A DNA stretch of 63,842 nucleotides, the filler included, from Thermoplasmatota archaeon (GTDB taxonomy: Archaea > Thermoplasmatota > E2 > JACPAO01 > JAHFTW01): the NCBI GenBank assembly GCA_041623215.1. It is 3 parts of 3 records of this genome, joined end to end, with 100 filler letters (N's around TTAATTAATTAA, not from the genome) between each part and the next. Parts side by side here need not be neighbours in the genome. Positions count along the whole stretch, not along the records: positions 26,703 to 51,277 come from JBFJXH010000011.1; 2 more parts are not named here. One strand, written 5' to 3'. A program made the position numbers and the translations under genes. Shown one piece after another: positions 28,912 through 38,626 of this stretch; positions within the stretch are counted from its first letter, which is position 1, and each line of letters begins with the position of its first letter. The notes beneath the pieces are model-generated. The model was not told the DNA's origin. It saw only the letters and a program-made list of their open reading frames with translations, and searched no databases.

Positions 28912-29445
28912 CTAGGCAGTAACGGCGGCCTGCTTTCCGGGGGGAAGCCCGTACCCCTTGGCCTTGGCAAGTGCCGCCACAACGGCCGCCGCAGTGGCGG
29001 CTGCATCGCCGCCATGCCGTACCGTTTCGAGTGGGATGTTGCCTCGAATTCCTTGCACCGTGGCCAACGCCTTGTCTTGGCTTGCGGCAAAGCGACCGCC
29101 GTCCTCGGGGGCCACGTGGACAAAGACATCAACCATTTCCCGCTCGGCGCCGTAGCGCGTGTAGAGCGTGCCGTGTTCGACGTGTTTGGCAAACGCGGCG
29201 CGATCCTTGGTGGGGGTGTCCAGGCACGCGGCATGCACAAGCGCATCGCGCTGCGCCAGGACCGGTTCAATGCTGCCCCCGGTGGCCAGGTGGCCAGGGT
29301 ACCAGGCCAGGGCCTCATGGTCGGGCAGGTGGGCGGCATCCTTGGCATCAATACCAAAGGCACGCACTTCGTGGCCGTCGGCTAGCAACGCGTCGATGAT
29401 GGCGCGGCCTACGGGGTTGGCAGCGCCGGTCACGAGCACCTTCAT
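28912..29445 (-). CDS. Short NAD(P)-binding epimerase/dehydratase-like protein
   Basis: MKVLVTGAANPVGRAI...GHEVRA; DALVHAA. Confidence 0.7.
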   Translation of the reverse strand: MKVLVTGAANPVGRAIIDALLADGHEVRAFGIDAKDAAHLPDHEALAWYPGHLATGGSIEPVLAQRDALVHAACLDTPTKDRAAFAKHVEHGTLYTRYGAEREMVDVFVHVAPEDGGRFAASQDKALATVQGIRGNIPLETVRHGGDAAATAAAVVAALAKAKGYGLPPGKQAAVTA

Positions 29446-29567
29446 GGCGCGGCGGACGGGCATGTGTGAAAAGGGGTTTGCCTTCAGCGGACCGCAGCAC
29501 GCGGGCCGGGTCCGGCGGGCATTGCTCCGGGTTGGTTCGCGACCGCCAATCCGATACCGGCGCCAAT

Positions 29568-29577
29568 CGGGTTAAGT
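29568..29577 (+). promoter_or_regulatory. Promoter core CGGGTTAAGT, identical upstream of the paralog at 61429
   Basis: TTAAGT TATA-like box; exact 10-mer repeated at 61396-61405. Confidence 0.5.
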
Positions 29578-29610
29578 AGGAATGGAGGCGGCTTTGGAAG
29601 CGGTGCTCGC

Positions 29611-31185
29611 ATGAACACAACCTTCACCGCGCTATCTTTGACAGCAACCTTGGTCGTCGCATCCGTCGCCGGCATTGGGTTCTTTTCCACCTACTCCGAC
29701 GACACTGCCGCGCTTGACGACGCCGGCCATGAACACGGCTCCGCGACGCACACAAGTGATGTCATTCGCGGCTTTGAAACCGGCATGCAGCGCCTGCCAT
29801 GGCCCGAGGCCAGCGGCAACCCACCCACGGCCAGTCAGGCCGCCAGCCTTGAGGAAGTCCACCATCTCTACATCACGGAGGAAGCCGCCTTCGCGCCGGC
29901 CAATGGCGTGCGCGCTGGCTCGGGCACCTTCGATGACCCTTACGTCATCAGCGGCTACTACGTCACAGGCGACCTGTATCTGCAAGACACCAGCAGTTGC
30001 GTGGAAATCCGTGACAACTTCATCGGAGGCCAACTGAGTCTCAATTACATCGGGGACTGCGTTTGGGTCCACGACAATCATATCGACGACCTTCGCGTCA
30101 ACGAAAACATTCGCCGCAGCGGCGCCGGCACGACCGGGCTCATCGAGCACAATACCATCGAATACGTCGGCCAGATTCGACACTACGACGGCGTCTTCAG
30201 CGACAACACCGTGGGTCCCTACGATGCAGACAGCATGTGGGACATGGTTCTGGAAACCACGCTGCCCGGCTACCAGGGCGAATTGCGCGTCATGAATATC
30301 GACGGCTACAACCAGGGCTGGTTCCGTGACAATGTCTTCTTCGGCAGCGTCGAGATTGACCTTCACGGTCACCATCACAGTACCGGCTGGGTCGCCGACC
30401 ACAGCCACTACCACGGCGAAGGTGCCCCAGAATCAGGAGCCCAGGCCGGCCACGGCAATGGCAGCCACGATGACGGCCATCACGCAGGACCCATGCAACA
30501 CGACCACACCGACCGATGGAACCAGGTATTCTTCACCGACAACCAAATCATCGACCCCGAAGGCTTCGGCCTCCGAATCGAGGACCGCAACCACCGGGGC
30601 GACGATGTCCAGGCAAACTCCGAGCGCGAACCGCAGCTGGAAATGCCTCACGTCCACCACACCCGCATCGTGGTTGCCGGCAACACCATTGAGGGCGCCC
30701 CGCTGTGGGTGGATGTCTTCAACGCCGATGACCGCGAATTGCACCTGGAGCGTTCCCCTGGCGAACTCTATCTCATGGACAACACCGTGGTCTTGCCAGA
30801 ACGAGAACCCGAAGCTTGGCTCGGCCTGTTCCAGTTCGGACCCTACATTGAGACGGCAGCAGGAATCAGCGTCTATGCCGCCAAGGAGGTTACCACGACC
30901 ATTACTGGCAACAAGGTAACGTTCCAACCGGCTCCGGACCAGGACGACCCGTTGCTGCCCATGTTCGGCCCCGAGGAACTGCCACCGGCAGCCATTCGGC
31001 TTCACTCGGTTCGCGACGCCAATGTGGTGGTGTCAGGGAACGAGGCTACTGGCTTCGCCTACGGCGTGTGGGCGCGCGAACTCGATGATGCCACCACGTG
31101 GCGCGTTGTCAACAACGACTTCGGCAACGCGCAGCACGCTGTTTGGTACGATGAGTCGGTGGCTAATCAACCGCTGGAAGAGTGA
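29611..31185 (+). CDS. Exported His-rich right-handed beta-helix protein (paralog A)
   Basis: N-terminal signal/anchor; GSGTFDDPYVISG; recurring xxN.I beta-helix coils; HGHHHS and HSHYHG. Confidence 0.85.
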   Translation: MNTTFTALSLTATLVVASVAGIGFFSTYSDDTAALDDAGHEHGSATHTSDVIRGFETGMQRLPWPEASGNPPTASQAASLEEVHHLYITEEAAFAPANGVRAGSGTFDDPYVISGYYVTGDLYLQDTSSCVEIRDNFIGGQLSLNYIGDCVWVHDNHIDDLRVNENIRRSGAGTTGLIEHNTIEYVGQIRHYDGVFSDNTVGPYDADSMWDMVLETTLPGYQGELRVMNIDGYNQGWFRDNVFFGSVEIDLHGHHHSTGWVADHSHYHGEGAPESGAQAGHGNGSHDDGHHAGPMQHDHTDRWNQVFFTDNQIIDPEGFGLRIEDRNHRGDDVQANSEREPQLEMPHVHHTRIVVAGNTIEGAPLWVDVFNADDRELHLERSPGELYLMDNTVVLPEREPEAWLGLFQFGPYIETAAGISVYAAKEVTTTITGNKVTFQPAPDQDDPLLPMFGPEELPPAAIRLHSVRDANVVVSGNEATGFAYGVWARELDDATTWRVVNNDFGNAQHAVWYDESVANQPLEE

Positions 31186-31289
31186 CGATTACGTACTTCA
31201 CCCACCCTTTTCCCCCTTATCCAGACCCTGCTTGGAGGGTAACCGGCCCTGAGGCAAGCGAAAAGTATCGGGTCCGTCCTTGATGACCC

Positions 31290-32255
31290 ATGGCCCCCCG
31301 GGCTCCTCTTTTACTTCTGGCTCTGTTGACGACTGCCGCACTCGCAGGCTGCGCTGGCGATGCGGATGATCCAGGGGCCGGCGGTGGGGGTGCGTCAGAC
31401 GGTGGCAACGATGGCGGCGTCGGCGCGTCGGCTTCGCCGCTGGCCGCAGCGCCTACCTGGCAGGTCGGCGACTACTGGACGTATCAGTCGCCCCGCGGCG
31501 CGGTGACCTACGTGGTGGCCGAGGATGCCGGCAGCGACTACATCATGGACAGCTCCGACCTAGAGAGCGTTTTCATGAATGTCCGTGACCCCATTAGCAC
31601 CATGGGTCCCCAGGCCAAGGCGGACCTGTCCGGCAGTCAAGGCAGCCAGCGCGTCCAATTCTTCCAGTGGCCAACCATTGCGGGCGCGTCGTGGACGACA
31701 ACTTGGGATGGGGAGGAACGTGAAGTGACGGTCAAGGAAACCACGCAGAGCACGGCCACGATGGAGGCAGTCACGGACGATGTCCTGATTGCGCGTTACA
31801 CCTACGATGCCGATGCCAAGTGGTTCAGCAGCCTCGCCTTCTACTACGGCCAAGACGAGCCCGTGTGGAGCCTGTCACTGACGGAAAGTGGGTCTGGATG
31901 GAGCGGTAGCCTCTGGAACCTGGACGCTCAGCAACTCGTTGACTACAGCAAGGTCGGCCAAACGAACGAAGCCGGCCGTTTCGGTGTTGGTGCGCCCACC
32001 GATTTGTGGATTTCCACTCATTTCCGCTGCACCGCTCAGGGAGGATACATCGCCGAGTTGCGAGGTCCTGACGGAACAACGGCACCACTGGAGATGCGTG
32101 GCACGTGCCCGCTGGACGAGCAGGCCAGCCAAGTCGTGGCACCGCAGGAGGGAGACTGGAGCTTCGTCATCCTGGGAGGTGACGCGGAGCAGATGGGATT
32201 CTCGAGCCTGCAAGTCTGGGCACGCACCTACGAACCTGTGCCTTTTGCCTCGTAG
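31290..32255 (+). CDS. Hypothetical lipoprotein
   Basis: LAGC lipobox; APTWQVGDYWTY. Confidence 0.8.
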   Translation: MAPRAPLLLLALLTTAALAGCAGDADDPGAGGGGASDGGNDGGVGASASPLAAAPTWQVGDYWTYQSPRGAVTYVVAEDAGSDYIMDSSDLESVFMNVRDPISTMGPQAKADLSGSQGSQRVQFFQWPTIAGASWTTTWDGEEREVTVKETTQSTATMEAVTDDVLIARYTYDADAKWFSSLAFYYGQDEPVWSLSLTESGSGWSGSLWNLDAQQLVDYSKVGQTNEAGRFGVGAPTDLWISTHFRCTAQGGYIAELRGPDGTTAPLEMRGTCPLDEQASQVVAPQEGDWSFVILGGDAEQMGFSSLQVWARTYEPVPFAS

Positions 32256-32328
32256 CTAGGCTGGTGGCAGGCCGGCCCACGAGCATCGGGTCTCCGGCAG
32301 CGACGCGGGCGGCCCCCTGCATGGGCGG

Positions 32329-32997
32329 GTGAGCCAAATACCGCGTCGGACTGGCCGCACTGTGTCGACGCGCTGGTATCAGGAGCGCAAACGCGACGCC
32401 TTCTACCGGCAAGCCAAGAAGGAAGGCTATCGGGCGCGATCGGCCTTCAAACTCAAGCAGATTAACAACCGGTTCCACTTGCTCGGCGAAGCCGATGCCG
32501 TGGCCGACTTGGGGTGCGCACCCGGCGGCTGGGCCCAGGTCCTCGTCGAATTGGTGGGTGAAGATGGCCTCGTCATTGGCGTCGACTTGCAGCGCGTACG
32601 GCCCATTGAAGGAGCCCGCTTCATCCAGGGTGACTTCACGCGGCGCGATACCCACGAACGCCTTGCCGCGCTCTTGGAAGGGGCGGGGCGCCACCAGCTG
32701 GACTGCGTGGTGAGCGACATGGCACCTGACATGAGTGGCAACTACGGCCTTGACCAAGCCCGCAGCATCCAGCTTTGCGAAATGGCCCTGCGCTTCGCGG
32801 ATGCCCACCTCAAACAGGATGGGTCCTTCTGTTGCAAGGTGTTCGAAGGCGCCGACTTCCACGAGTTCCGTGAAGCGGTGCGCCTGCGGTTTTCCAAGGT
32901 CCACCAGTTCCATCCGCCGGCCAGTCGCAAGCAGTCGAGTGAGGTTTACCTCATCGGCAAAGGCTATCGGGGAGCACCACCAAGCGAGGATGCATGA
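32329..32997 (+). CDS. rlmE: 23S rRNA 2'-O-methyltransferase RlmE/FtsJ
   Basis: GYRARSAFKL, DLGCAPGGW, SDMAP and ASRKQSSEVY motifs. Confidence 0.95.
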   Translation: MSQIPRRTGRTVSTRWYQERKRDAFYRQAKKEGYRARSAFKLKQINNRFHLLGEADAVADLGCAPGGWAQVLVELVGEDGLVIGVDLQRVRPIEGARFIQGDFTRRDTHERLAALLEGAGRHQLDCVVSDMAPDMSGNYGLDQARSIQLCEMALRFADAHLKQDGSFCCKVFEGADFHEFREAVRLRFSKVHQFHPPASRKQSSEVYLIGKGYRGAPPSEDA

Positions 32998-33536
32998 GCT
33001 GGCGACGCGGCGGCCGCAACGTCTTCGCCCCGGCGGCCTTGTTATGGGGTCCGGCCATGGTCGGGGGGCTGCTCCTCCTCGGCCTTGGTGCCACGACCCG
33101 CAACGTTGGCGGTGATGCCTGGGTGGTCCGCGTCACGATGGGCCAGCCCGCCAATTGGTTTGCCGATGGGCCTTCGGGGGCCATTGGGGTTGCACTGCTG
33201 GCGATTGGCACCATCCTATGGGTGGTCGCCCAAGCGCGCCCGGCGTCGTTCGAGTGGCCACTGTTGTTGCACCGCTACGGGCCGTTTGCAACCGTATCAG
33301 TTCTCCTCTTGGTGGCGGCAGTGCTCGCATCGTGGCATGTGGAGGGCCACGTGGTGGACATTGGGGCCGGCGGTGCATCGTGGCGCTTCGTTGCCACGTA
33401 CCGGGCCGCCACCCCAGATATGGCAACGGCCGCCACAGCTGCGGTTCTAGCCGTTGTGTTTTGGATTCTTAGTTGGGGTCGTGTCCCCTACGTGCCGAGG
33501 CAAGCATCCCCTGAGTACGGCCACGATGTCGCCTAG
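32994..33536 (+). CDS. Hypothetical membrane protein
   Basis: About four TM segments; ATGA overlap with the rlmE stop. Confidence 0.6.
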   Translation: MSWRRGGRNVFAPAALLWGPAMVGGLLLLGLGATTRNVGGDAWVVRVTMGQPANWFADGPSGAIGVALLAIGTILWVVAQARPASFEWPLLLHRYGPFATVSVLLLVAAVLASWHVEGHVVDIGAGGASWRFVATYRAATPDMATAATAAVLAVVFWILSWGRVPYVPRQASPEYGHDVA

Positions 33537-33545
33537 CTAGGCGCA

Positions 33546-35210
33546 CTACGCCTCGTCCGTGGCGGTGCCCGCAGGGCCGCCGGAGCCTTGTCGTCGCTTG
33601 CGGCCGAAGCGCACGCCCGTGGCCGCCACGATGGCGGCTAGGCCGAGGATAATCCACGCAGGCGGCGTCGAAATCCATGTTTCCGCTTGGGCGGGTGGCA
33701 GCAGAACGGCGCCGGCGAAGTCTGGGTCGAGGCCGGCGGTGACTGGGTCGCGGGCGTAGTCGGGGTCGCCCGTTGTGGCACCGCCGTACTTCACTTGCCG
33801 TCCGGCGAGGAAGGCATCAAGGGAGCCCGGCATGGTCTGGGCGGCATTGAATGCGGCGCGCACGTTCAGGTAGCCGGTTCCGACGCGTTGCACATCGTCG
33901 GCCATGGGCAAGGTGCTTCCCACCAACGCGTCCATCACCTCGTCGGGTGACAAGCGCGGCTTGCCGGCCAACAGCAGCCCCGCTGCGCCCGCCACGTGCG
34001 GCGCGGCCATGCTGGTGCCGCTGCGGTCGACGTAGAAGTCGCCGCGTGATGTGCCCATGAGCCGGTCAAACGCGGTGGTGGTGCCCCCCGCCATGTCGAC
34101 CATGGGTCGAGGCGCACGAATGAAGTGGCCGGGGGCGGTGAGGTCAGGGTGGTCCCACGGGCGGCTCGGGTCGGCTGCTTTCCCGTAACTGCTGAAGGGC
34201 GCGCGGCTTCGCTGCAAATCTCCGGCTGCAACGCACAAGACCCACGGCGGCAGGCAGTGGCGGTTGAGGGTGCCTGCCTCGCCGAGGTTGCCGCCGCTAA
34301 AGACGACCACCATGCCGGCCAAGTAGAGCCGGAGGGTGGCTTCGTTTACGGGGTGGTCGGGTTCGAATTCGCCGCTTAGACCCCAAGAGTTGGTGACGAC
34401 TCGAAGGTCGTAGGTGTGGCGGTGTTCGAGCGCCCAATCAAACGCTTCCAGGGCGGCGACGGTATCGACAGCTGGCTCTTGGCCCGCCTCGTCAATGGGG
34501 GTGCTTGCCTGGTAGCTGGCCACGCGACCGTTGCTGTACAAGCCCTCGTAGGGGCCCGCCGAGCCACTGCCCGCGACAATGCCCGCTACGTGGGTCCCGT
34601 GCCCTGCGGCGTCAATGACTGGGACTTGCTCCAGCGTTCCAACGACAAGGCCGCCGGCACGTTTGGCCCCGACATTGGCTACGAGATTCTCGTCGCTGAA
34701 ATCGGGGTGGGTCCCGTCAACGCCCGTGTCTACGACCAACACGGCTGGCCCACTGCGGGCCTCGCCCACAACGCGGCGCACGCGATCGGCTTCGATGTAG
34801 GGTACCGATTGGTCGAGGTTCAATTCCATGCGTTCATTGGCGGTGACTCGGCCCCACGGTGTGGTTTCCTTGGCTAGCTGCAAGGCGGTGGACGTGGGAG
34901 CAACGAAGGCGAGCATGTTGAGGTGCTCGTAGCGGTGTGTGGGTGCCTTAGGGTCCAGGTCGCCCAGAATCTGAATGGCTTCTGTCAAGAGAGTCGGGGC
35001 GTGGGCGTGGGCGGTCGCCGTGCGAGGGCTCCAAATCCATACCTCCTGCGTGTGCCCGTCTTCGGGTTCATTTGTGGTCGCCGCGGTTGGCTCGGGGCCA
35101 AGCGGCATGGCCTGCCCATCGGAGCCTTGGGGGCCGACCAGTTGGGTCGGCTGTGCGACGCCGATGCTTGGCACTACCAGTAGGAGCAGGAGCAGGAACG
35201 CTAGTCGCAC
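33546..35210 (-). CDS. Subtilisin-family (S8) serine protease with signal peptide and C-terminal membrane anchor
   Basis: VVDTGVD, HGTHVAG and SGTSMAAPHVAG catalytic triad motifs. Confidence 0.95.
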   Translation of the reverse strand: MRLAFLLLLLLVVPSIGVAQPTQLVGPQGSDGQAMPLGPEPTAATTNEPEDGHTQEVWIWSPRTATAHAHAPTLLTEAIQILGDLDPKAPTHRYEHLNMLAFVAPTSTALQLAKETTPWGRVTANERMELNLDQSVPYIEADRVRRVVGEARSGPAVLVVDTGVDGTHPDFSDENLVANVGAKRAGGLVVGTLEQVPVIDAAGHGTHVAGIVAGSGSAGPYEGLYSNGRVASYQASTPIDEAGQEPAVDTVAALEAFDWALEHRHTYDLRVVTNSWGLSGEFEPDHPVNEATLRLYLAGMVVVFSGGNLGEAGTLNRHCLPPWVLCVAAGDLQRSRAPFSSYGKAADPSRPWDHPDLTAPGHFIRAPRPMVDMAGGTTTAFDRLMGTSRGDFYVDRSGTSMAAPHVAGAAGLLLAGKPRLSPDEVMDALVGSTLPMADDVQRVGTGYLNVRAAFNAAQTMPGSLDAFLAGRQVKYGGATTGDPDYARDPVTAGLDPDFAGAVLLPPAQAETWISTPPAWIILGLAAIVAATGVRFGRKRRQGSGGPAGTATDEA

Positions 35211-35234
35211 AGGGGGCCACTAGTACAGGGGGTC

Positions 35235-36413
35235 CTAATCCCTTGTGGCGTCTCCACCGAGCCAGACGCGTTCCAACGTGTCCTTAGGCGCCGTGGTCCG
35301 GATGGCCTGGGGGTCAAGATGGCAACGGCTGGCCAGGTGTTCTTGCTCCCTGAGCTTGGCCACTAGTTCGTCCCGTGGCCGCGGGTCGTGCCCGAGTTGT
35401 TGGGCTAACCAACCGAGGTCCAATGGAAGTGCCTCGCTCACTTCCGAAGCCAGCCGCTCCACCAGCCCTTGCGTTGCGGGGGCTATGCCATCCAGGACAG
35501 CCCATTCGTCCTGCATGGCAGCCAGGAAGGCGCGGTCCTGCAAAGATGCAATCCAGAGCGGGCCAGCGGCGGGAACCGGTTCGTGACGTCCGTCGGCCAG
35601 GTAGGGCCAGCCTTCGTCATCGTGGTAGAGGTGCCCGATGTGGCGCCACGTCGCATCGGCTCGGGACCGGCCATCGACGACGCGTACGCAGGCGCGCATC
35701 CAATGGTCCCGGCCGACGGTCCAAACGGGTTCGATGCCCCGGTCTAGTCGGCCCGCCGAGCGCGCCACCGCGGCCACCAAAATGCGGAGTCCCACATCGC
35801 GGCTCCACGGCGCGTGCGTCGCCGGTGTGGCGCCGTAGCGCCGCCGACAAACGCGCGGATACTTGCCTGCCAATGCCCCCGTATCCGTCGCGGTCACCAT
35901 CAACAACCCCTTGTGGCGGATGGCGCGCATGGCGGCATCGAGAAAGGGCGCCGGTGACCCAAAAGGGTCGATATCGATGACATCCCAGCGCCCCCCGGCA
36001 AGAAATGCGTGCGCGCTGCCTTCGTGAACAGTGAGTCGTTGGGATGCTAGCTCGCCGTTGGCGGCGATGCCTGCTCGCATAGCCGCAACAGCACCTGCAT
36101 GGGCGTCGTTGGCCGCGATAGAGACGTCCAGATCAGGTGGGCATTCGCGCGCTAGCCGGAGAGACCGGGCGCCGGTCGCAGCTAGGACATCGGCAACGTC
36201 AATGCCGCGGCCACGCGAACGAGCAAAAGCCGCAACGGTGGCCACGCTGAGGTCGCGGTTGACCCGCATGGCTGGATTAAGGAAGGGCGCTTGGTCGTTC
36301 CGCGTGGCGGGGCCCACAGCGGGAATGGGTCCTGTGTGGGTGCCCTCCGCCGGGGCAAAAATCACGGTGTTGCCTTCTGTGTGGTAGTCGGCCGAATCCG
36401 CAGGGCCGACCAC
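35235..36413 (-). CDS. trm1: tRNA (guanine26-N2)-dimethyltransferase
   Basis: FLNPAMRVNRDLSV, IDIDPFGSPAPF, VTATDT and GPLW motifs. Confidence 0.92.
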   Translation of the reverse strand: MVGPADSADYHTEGNTVIFAPAEGTHTGPIPAVGPATRNDQAPFLNPAMRVNRDLSVATVAAFARSRGRGIDVADVLAATGARSLRLARECPPDLDVSIAANDAHAGAVAAMRAGIAANGELASQRLTVHEGSAHAFLAGGRWDVIDIDPFGSPAPFLDAAMRAIRHKGLLMVTATDTGALAGKYPRVCRRRYGATPATHAPWSRDVGLRILVAAVARSAGRLDRGIEPVWTVGRDHWMRACVRVVDGRSRADATWRHIGHLYHDDEGWPYLADGRHEPVPAAGPLWIASLQDRAFLAAMQDEWAVLDGIAPATQGLVERLASEVSEALPLDLGWLAQQLGHDPRPRDELVAKLREQEHLASRCHLDPQAIRTTAPKDTLERVWLGGDATRD

Positions 36414-36421
36414 CCAGCACC

Positions 36422-37009
36422 TCAGTAGTAAGTGGTGCTAAGGTGGTCCTTCAAGAGCTTCTCAATCTTGTAGGGAAGCAGGTTCTTGTTGACGTTGGTG
36501 ACTTCGAGTATCCGAACGTCATCACGCCGCCGCAAGTCTTGCAAGAGTGGGTTGCGGCTCTTCTTGTGCAGTGTCATGATGACTGGTTTGGGGCAATCCA
36601 AGGCGTGCTTGACCATCTCGCAGAACGCCTCCGAATGCATCTCCATTTTGCCCACCTCATCAATGATGATGATGTCCACCTCCTCGTCGAGGATTGCGTC
36701 CCGGATGGCTTTGACACCGACGCGGTCCAAGACGTCCGTGTCAACGTAGTACACGCCGTCATCCGTTTCGACCTTGTTGCGGTTATCAAACTCCTTGCTG
36801 GAGAAGACTTCCCTGGTGGACTCATCGCGCCAGTCTTCCACGTAGAAGCCGATTCGCTCGCCGTTGGGGTCCGGCCGATAGGCTCGCGTAATCATGCCGC
36901 CGATGACAAATTCGTCGTGCTCCAGTTTGCGGCAGATGGCGGCGAGGGTGGCCGTTTTGCCGACGTTCGGTAGCCCGGTAATGCCGAGCTTGGGCATGGA
37001 GTCGGTCAT
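36422..37009 (-). CDS. Nucleoside-triphosphatase (THEP1/NTPase_1)
   Basis: ITGLPNVGKT and IIIDEVGKME motifs. Confidence 0.93.
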   Translation of the reverse strand: MTDSMPKLGITGLPNVGKTATLAAICRKLEHDEFVIGGMITRAYRPDPNGERIGFYVEDWRDESTREVFSSKEFDNRNKVETDDGVYYVDTDVLDRVGVKAIRDAILDEEVDIIIIDEVGKMEMHSEAFCEMVKHALDCPKPVIMTLHKKSRNPLLQDLRRRDDVRILEVTNVNKNLLPYKIEKLLKDHLSTTYY

Positions 37010-37038
37010 GTTGCAAATGCCGGGATGCTGCGGTTTTA

Positions 37039-38070
37039 CTAAAGAGCGGCGATAGCAGAGCGAGGGGCAGACACCTGCAACGGCGTCTTTCCGGACAATT
37101 CGTTGCCGAGGACCATGGCGAGGCGTGGCGTGGCTTCCACGTGGCAGTGGCGGGCTACGCGTTTCACTTCCACCAGGCCGGCGTTTGCGAAGCGCTTGAT
37201 GAGCTTTGATGCGACGGAGGCGGACACGCCGGTTTCGTCGCGGAGGTCTTGCTGGGTAGCGCCCGGGCAGCGCAGAACCGCGCGCGCGAGGTCCTTTGGC
37301 GTGTCGCCTTCAACGGCCATCCAGGCGTCCCGGGCCGCTGCTTCCTTGGTGCCGGCGACAAACAGGCGGCGGTAGTTGCCGTGGCGTGCCGACACCAGGT
37401 GGCCGGTGTCCTCTAGGCGTTGAACGTGGTGGACGAGGGTGCCCCACGCCACGCCAAGGCGGTCCTGGCACGTCCGCATGTCGATGCCAGGCGTTGCGCT
37501 GGCAAGGTCGATGAGGTTCTGGCGCGCCGGATGCGCCAGCGCTTCGTCCTTGTTGATGCGGCTAAACAAGCTGAGGCCAAGGGAGCCGGCAGCCCAGGCC
37601 GCAAGCCTGGCTAGAAGCCCAGTCTTGGCGGCCACGGCTAGACCGGCTGCCGCAGCGGCACCTGCGGAAGCGGCCATGACGGCCGCCGATGGTTCGGCGT
37701 CGCCGGGTGGGGCGGTGCCGCCATGGGTCACTGGGCAGGTCGGGCAGCGGGCGGTGAGAGCCAGGGCCGGGGGGTCTGCGGTGGAGGTTCCGCCGATGCC
37801 GGTGGTGCCACTCAGGGATGCCGACGCTCCCGGCAGCCCGGGTAAGGCGGCCCCTGCTGCTGCGGCCAGGTCTGAGGTTGCGGTGGCGCCACTTGTGGAT
37901 GCACTCACTCCCGTGGATGCGTCCACGGTCGCCAAGCCAGCCACGTCCGCCTCAGTCGAAACACTCGCGGTTGCCGTTTCGGGCTCGAGCGCCAAATCCG
38001 CGGTCGTCGAGGCATCGGCGCCGGCGGCGGGCAACGCAAGCAAGGCAAGAACAAACGTTACAGCAACCAT
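37039..38070 (-). CDS. Membrane-tethered double winged-helix transcriptional regulator
   Basis: Signal peptide, Ala/Ser/Thr-rich region, hydrophobic helix, then LFSRI..ALAHPAR..PG..WGTLVHHVQRL and a second wHTH. Confidence 0.8.
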   Translation of the reverse strand: MVAVTFVLALLALPAAGADASTTADLALEPETATASVSTEADVAGLATVDASTGVSASTSGATATSDLAAAAGAALPGLPGASASLSGTTGIGGTSTADPPALALTARCPTCPVTHGGTAPPGDAEPSAAVMAASAGAAAAAGLAVAAKTGLLARLAAWAAGSLGLSLFSRINKDEALAHPARQNLIDLASATPGIDMRTCQDRLGVAWGTLVHHVQRLEDTGHLVSARHGNYRRLFVAGTKEAAARDAWMAVEGDTPKDLARAVLRCPGATQQDLRDETGVSASVASKLIKRFANAGLVEVKRVARHCHVEATPRLAMVLGNELSGKTPLQVSAPRSAIAAL

Positions 38071-38541
38071 TCAACAGGAACTACGTCGGCTCCGGCTTTG
38101 GTGGGCCCCGGTCAAGGACGAGTTCACGATGGCAAGAATTGGGCTTGAGGCGAGGTCCCAGGCGAAGCGTTTGGGGCGTCTGGCAGGTGCCCCGTAGGGG
38201 GCGGCGGTGCAAGGCCCAAGCGCCGGTTCCTGGACTTTGGGGCGCGACCCCGGCAAGCTGTTGCCCAAGGCCGAGGAGTGGGGCTCTTGGGCTTTGGTCG
38301 GGGGCCCCATTCGCCCCAGGTCCGAGGCGACCGGCCTTCCAGAGGCCACCTGCGCGCGTAGCGGGCATAGTAAGCTACGCGCGCGGTCGTTCCTGCGCAG
38401 CGTTCCCGTGCGCCTGTCCCTGCTGGGTCGGTGGCTGAGGCGCGATGCGCGGACCTATGGGGTCGGCGCGGGGCCGAATCGGGTCCAATGATGCCTGCCA
38501 GCAAGCCAAAAATGACCCTGGTGGGCTTCTTTTGCCGCCAC

Positions 38542-38580
38542 TTTCCAGCGGTATCGCCTGAGTTTCCAGCGGTATCGCCT
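38542..38580 (+). repeat. Perfect 18-bp direct repeat TTTCCAGCGGTATCGCCT x2 (21-bp period), putative operator
   Basis: Copies at 38542-38559 and 38563-38580, directly before the TATA-like CTTATAC. Confidence 0.85.
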
Positions 38581-38626
38581 CGCCTTATACTCGCTGGGCG
38601 CCGAACCAGAAGTCGGTGACCCCACC

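Noticed and set aside
38542..38580. Mini CRISPR array
   Set aside because: Only two 18-bp copies with a 3-nt spacer; no cas genes
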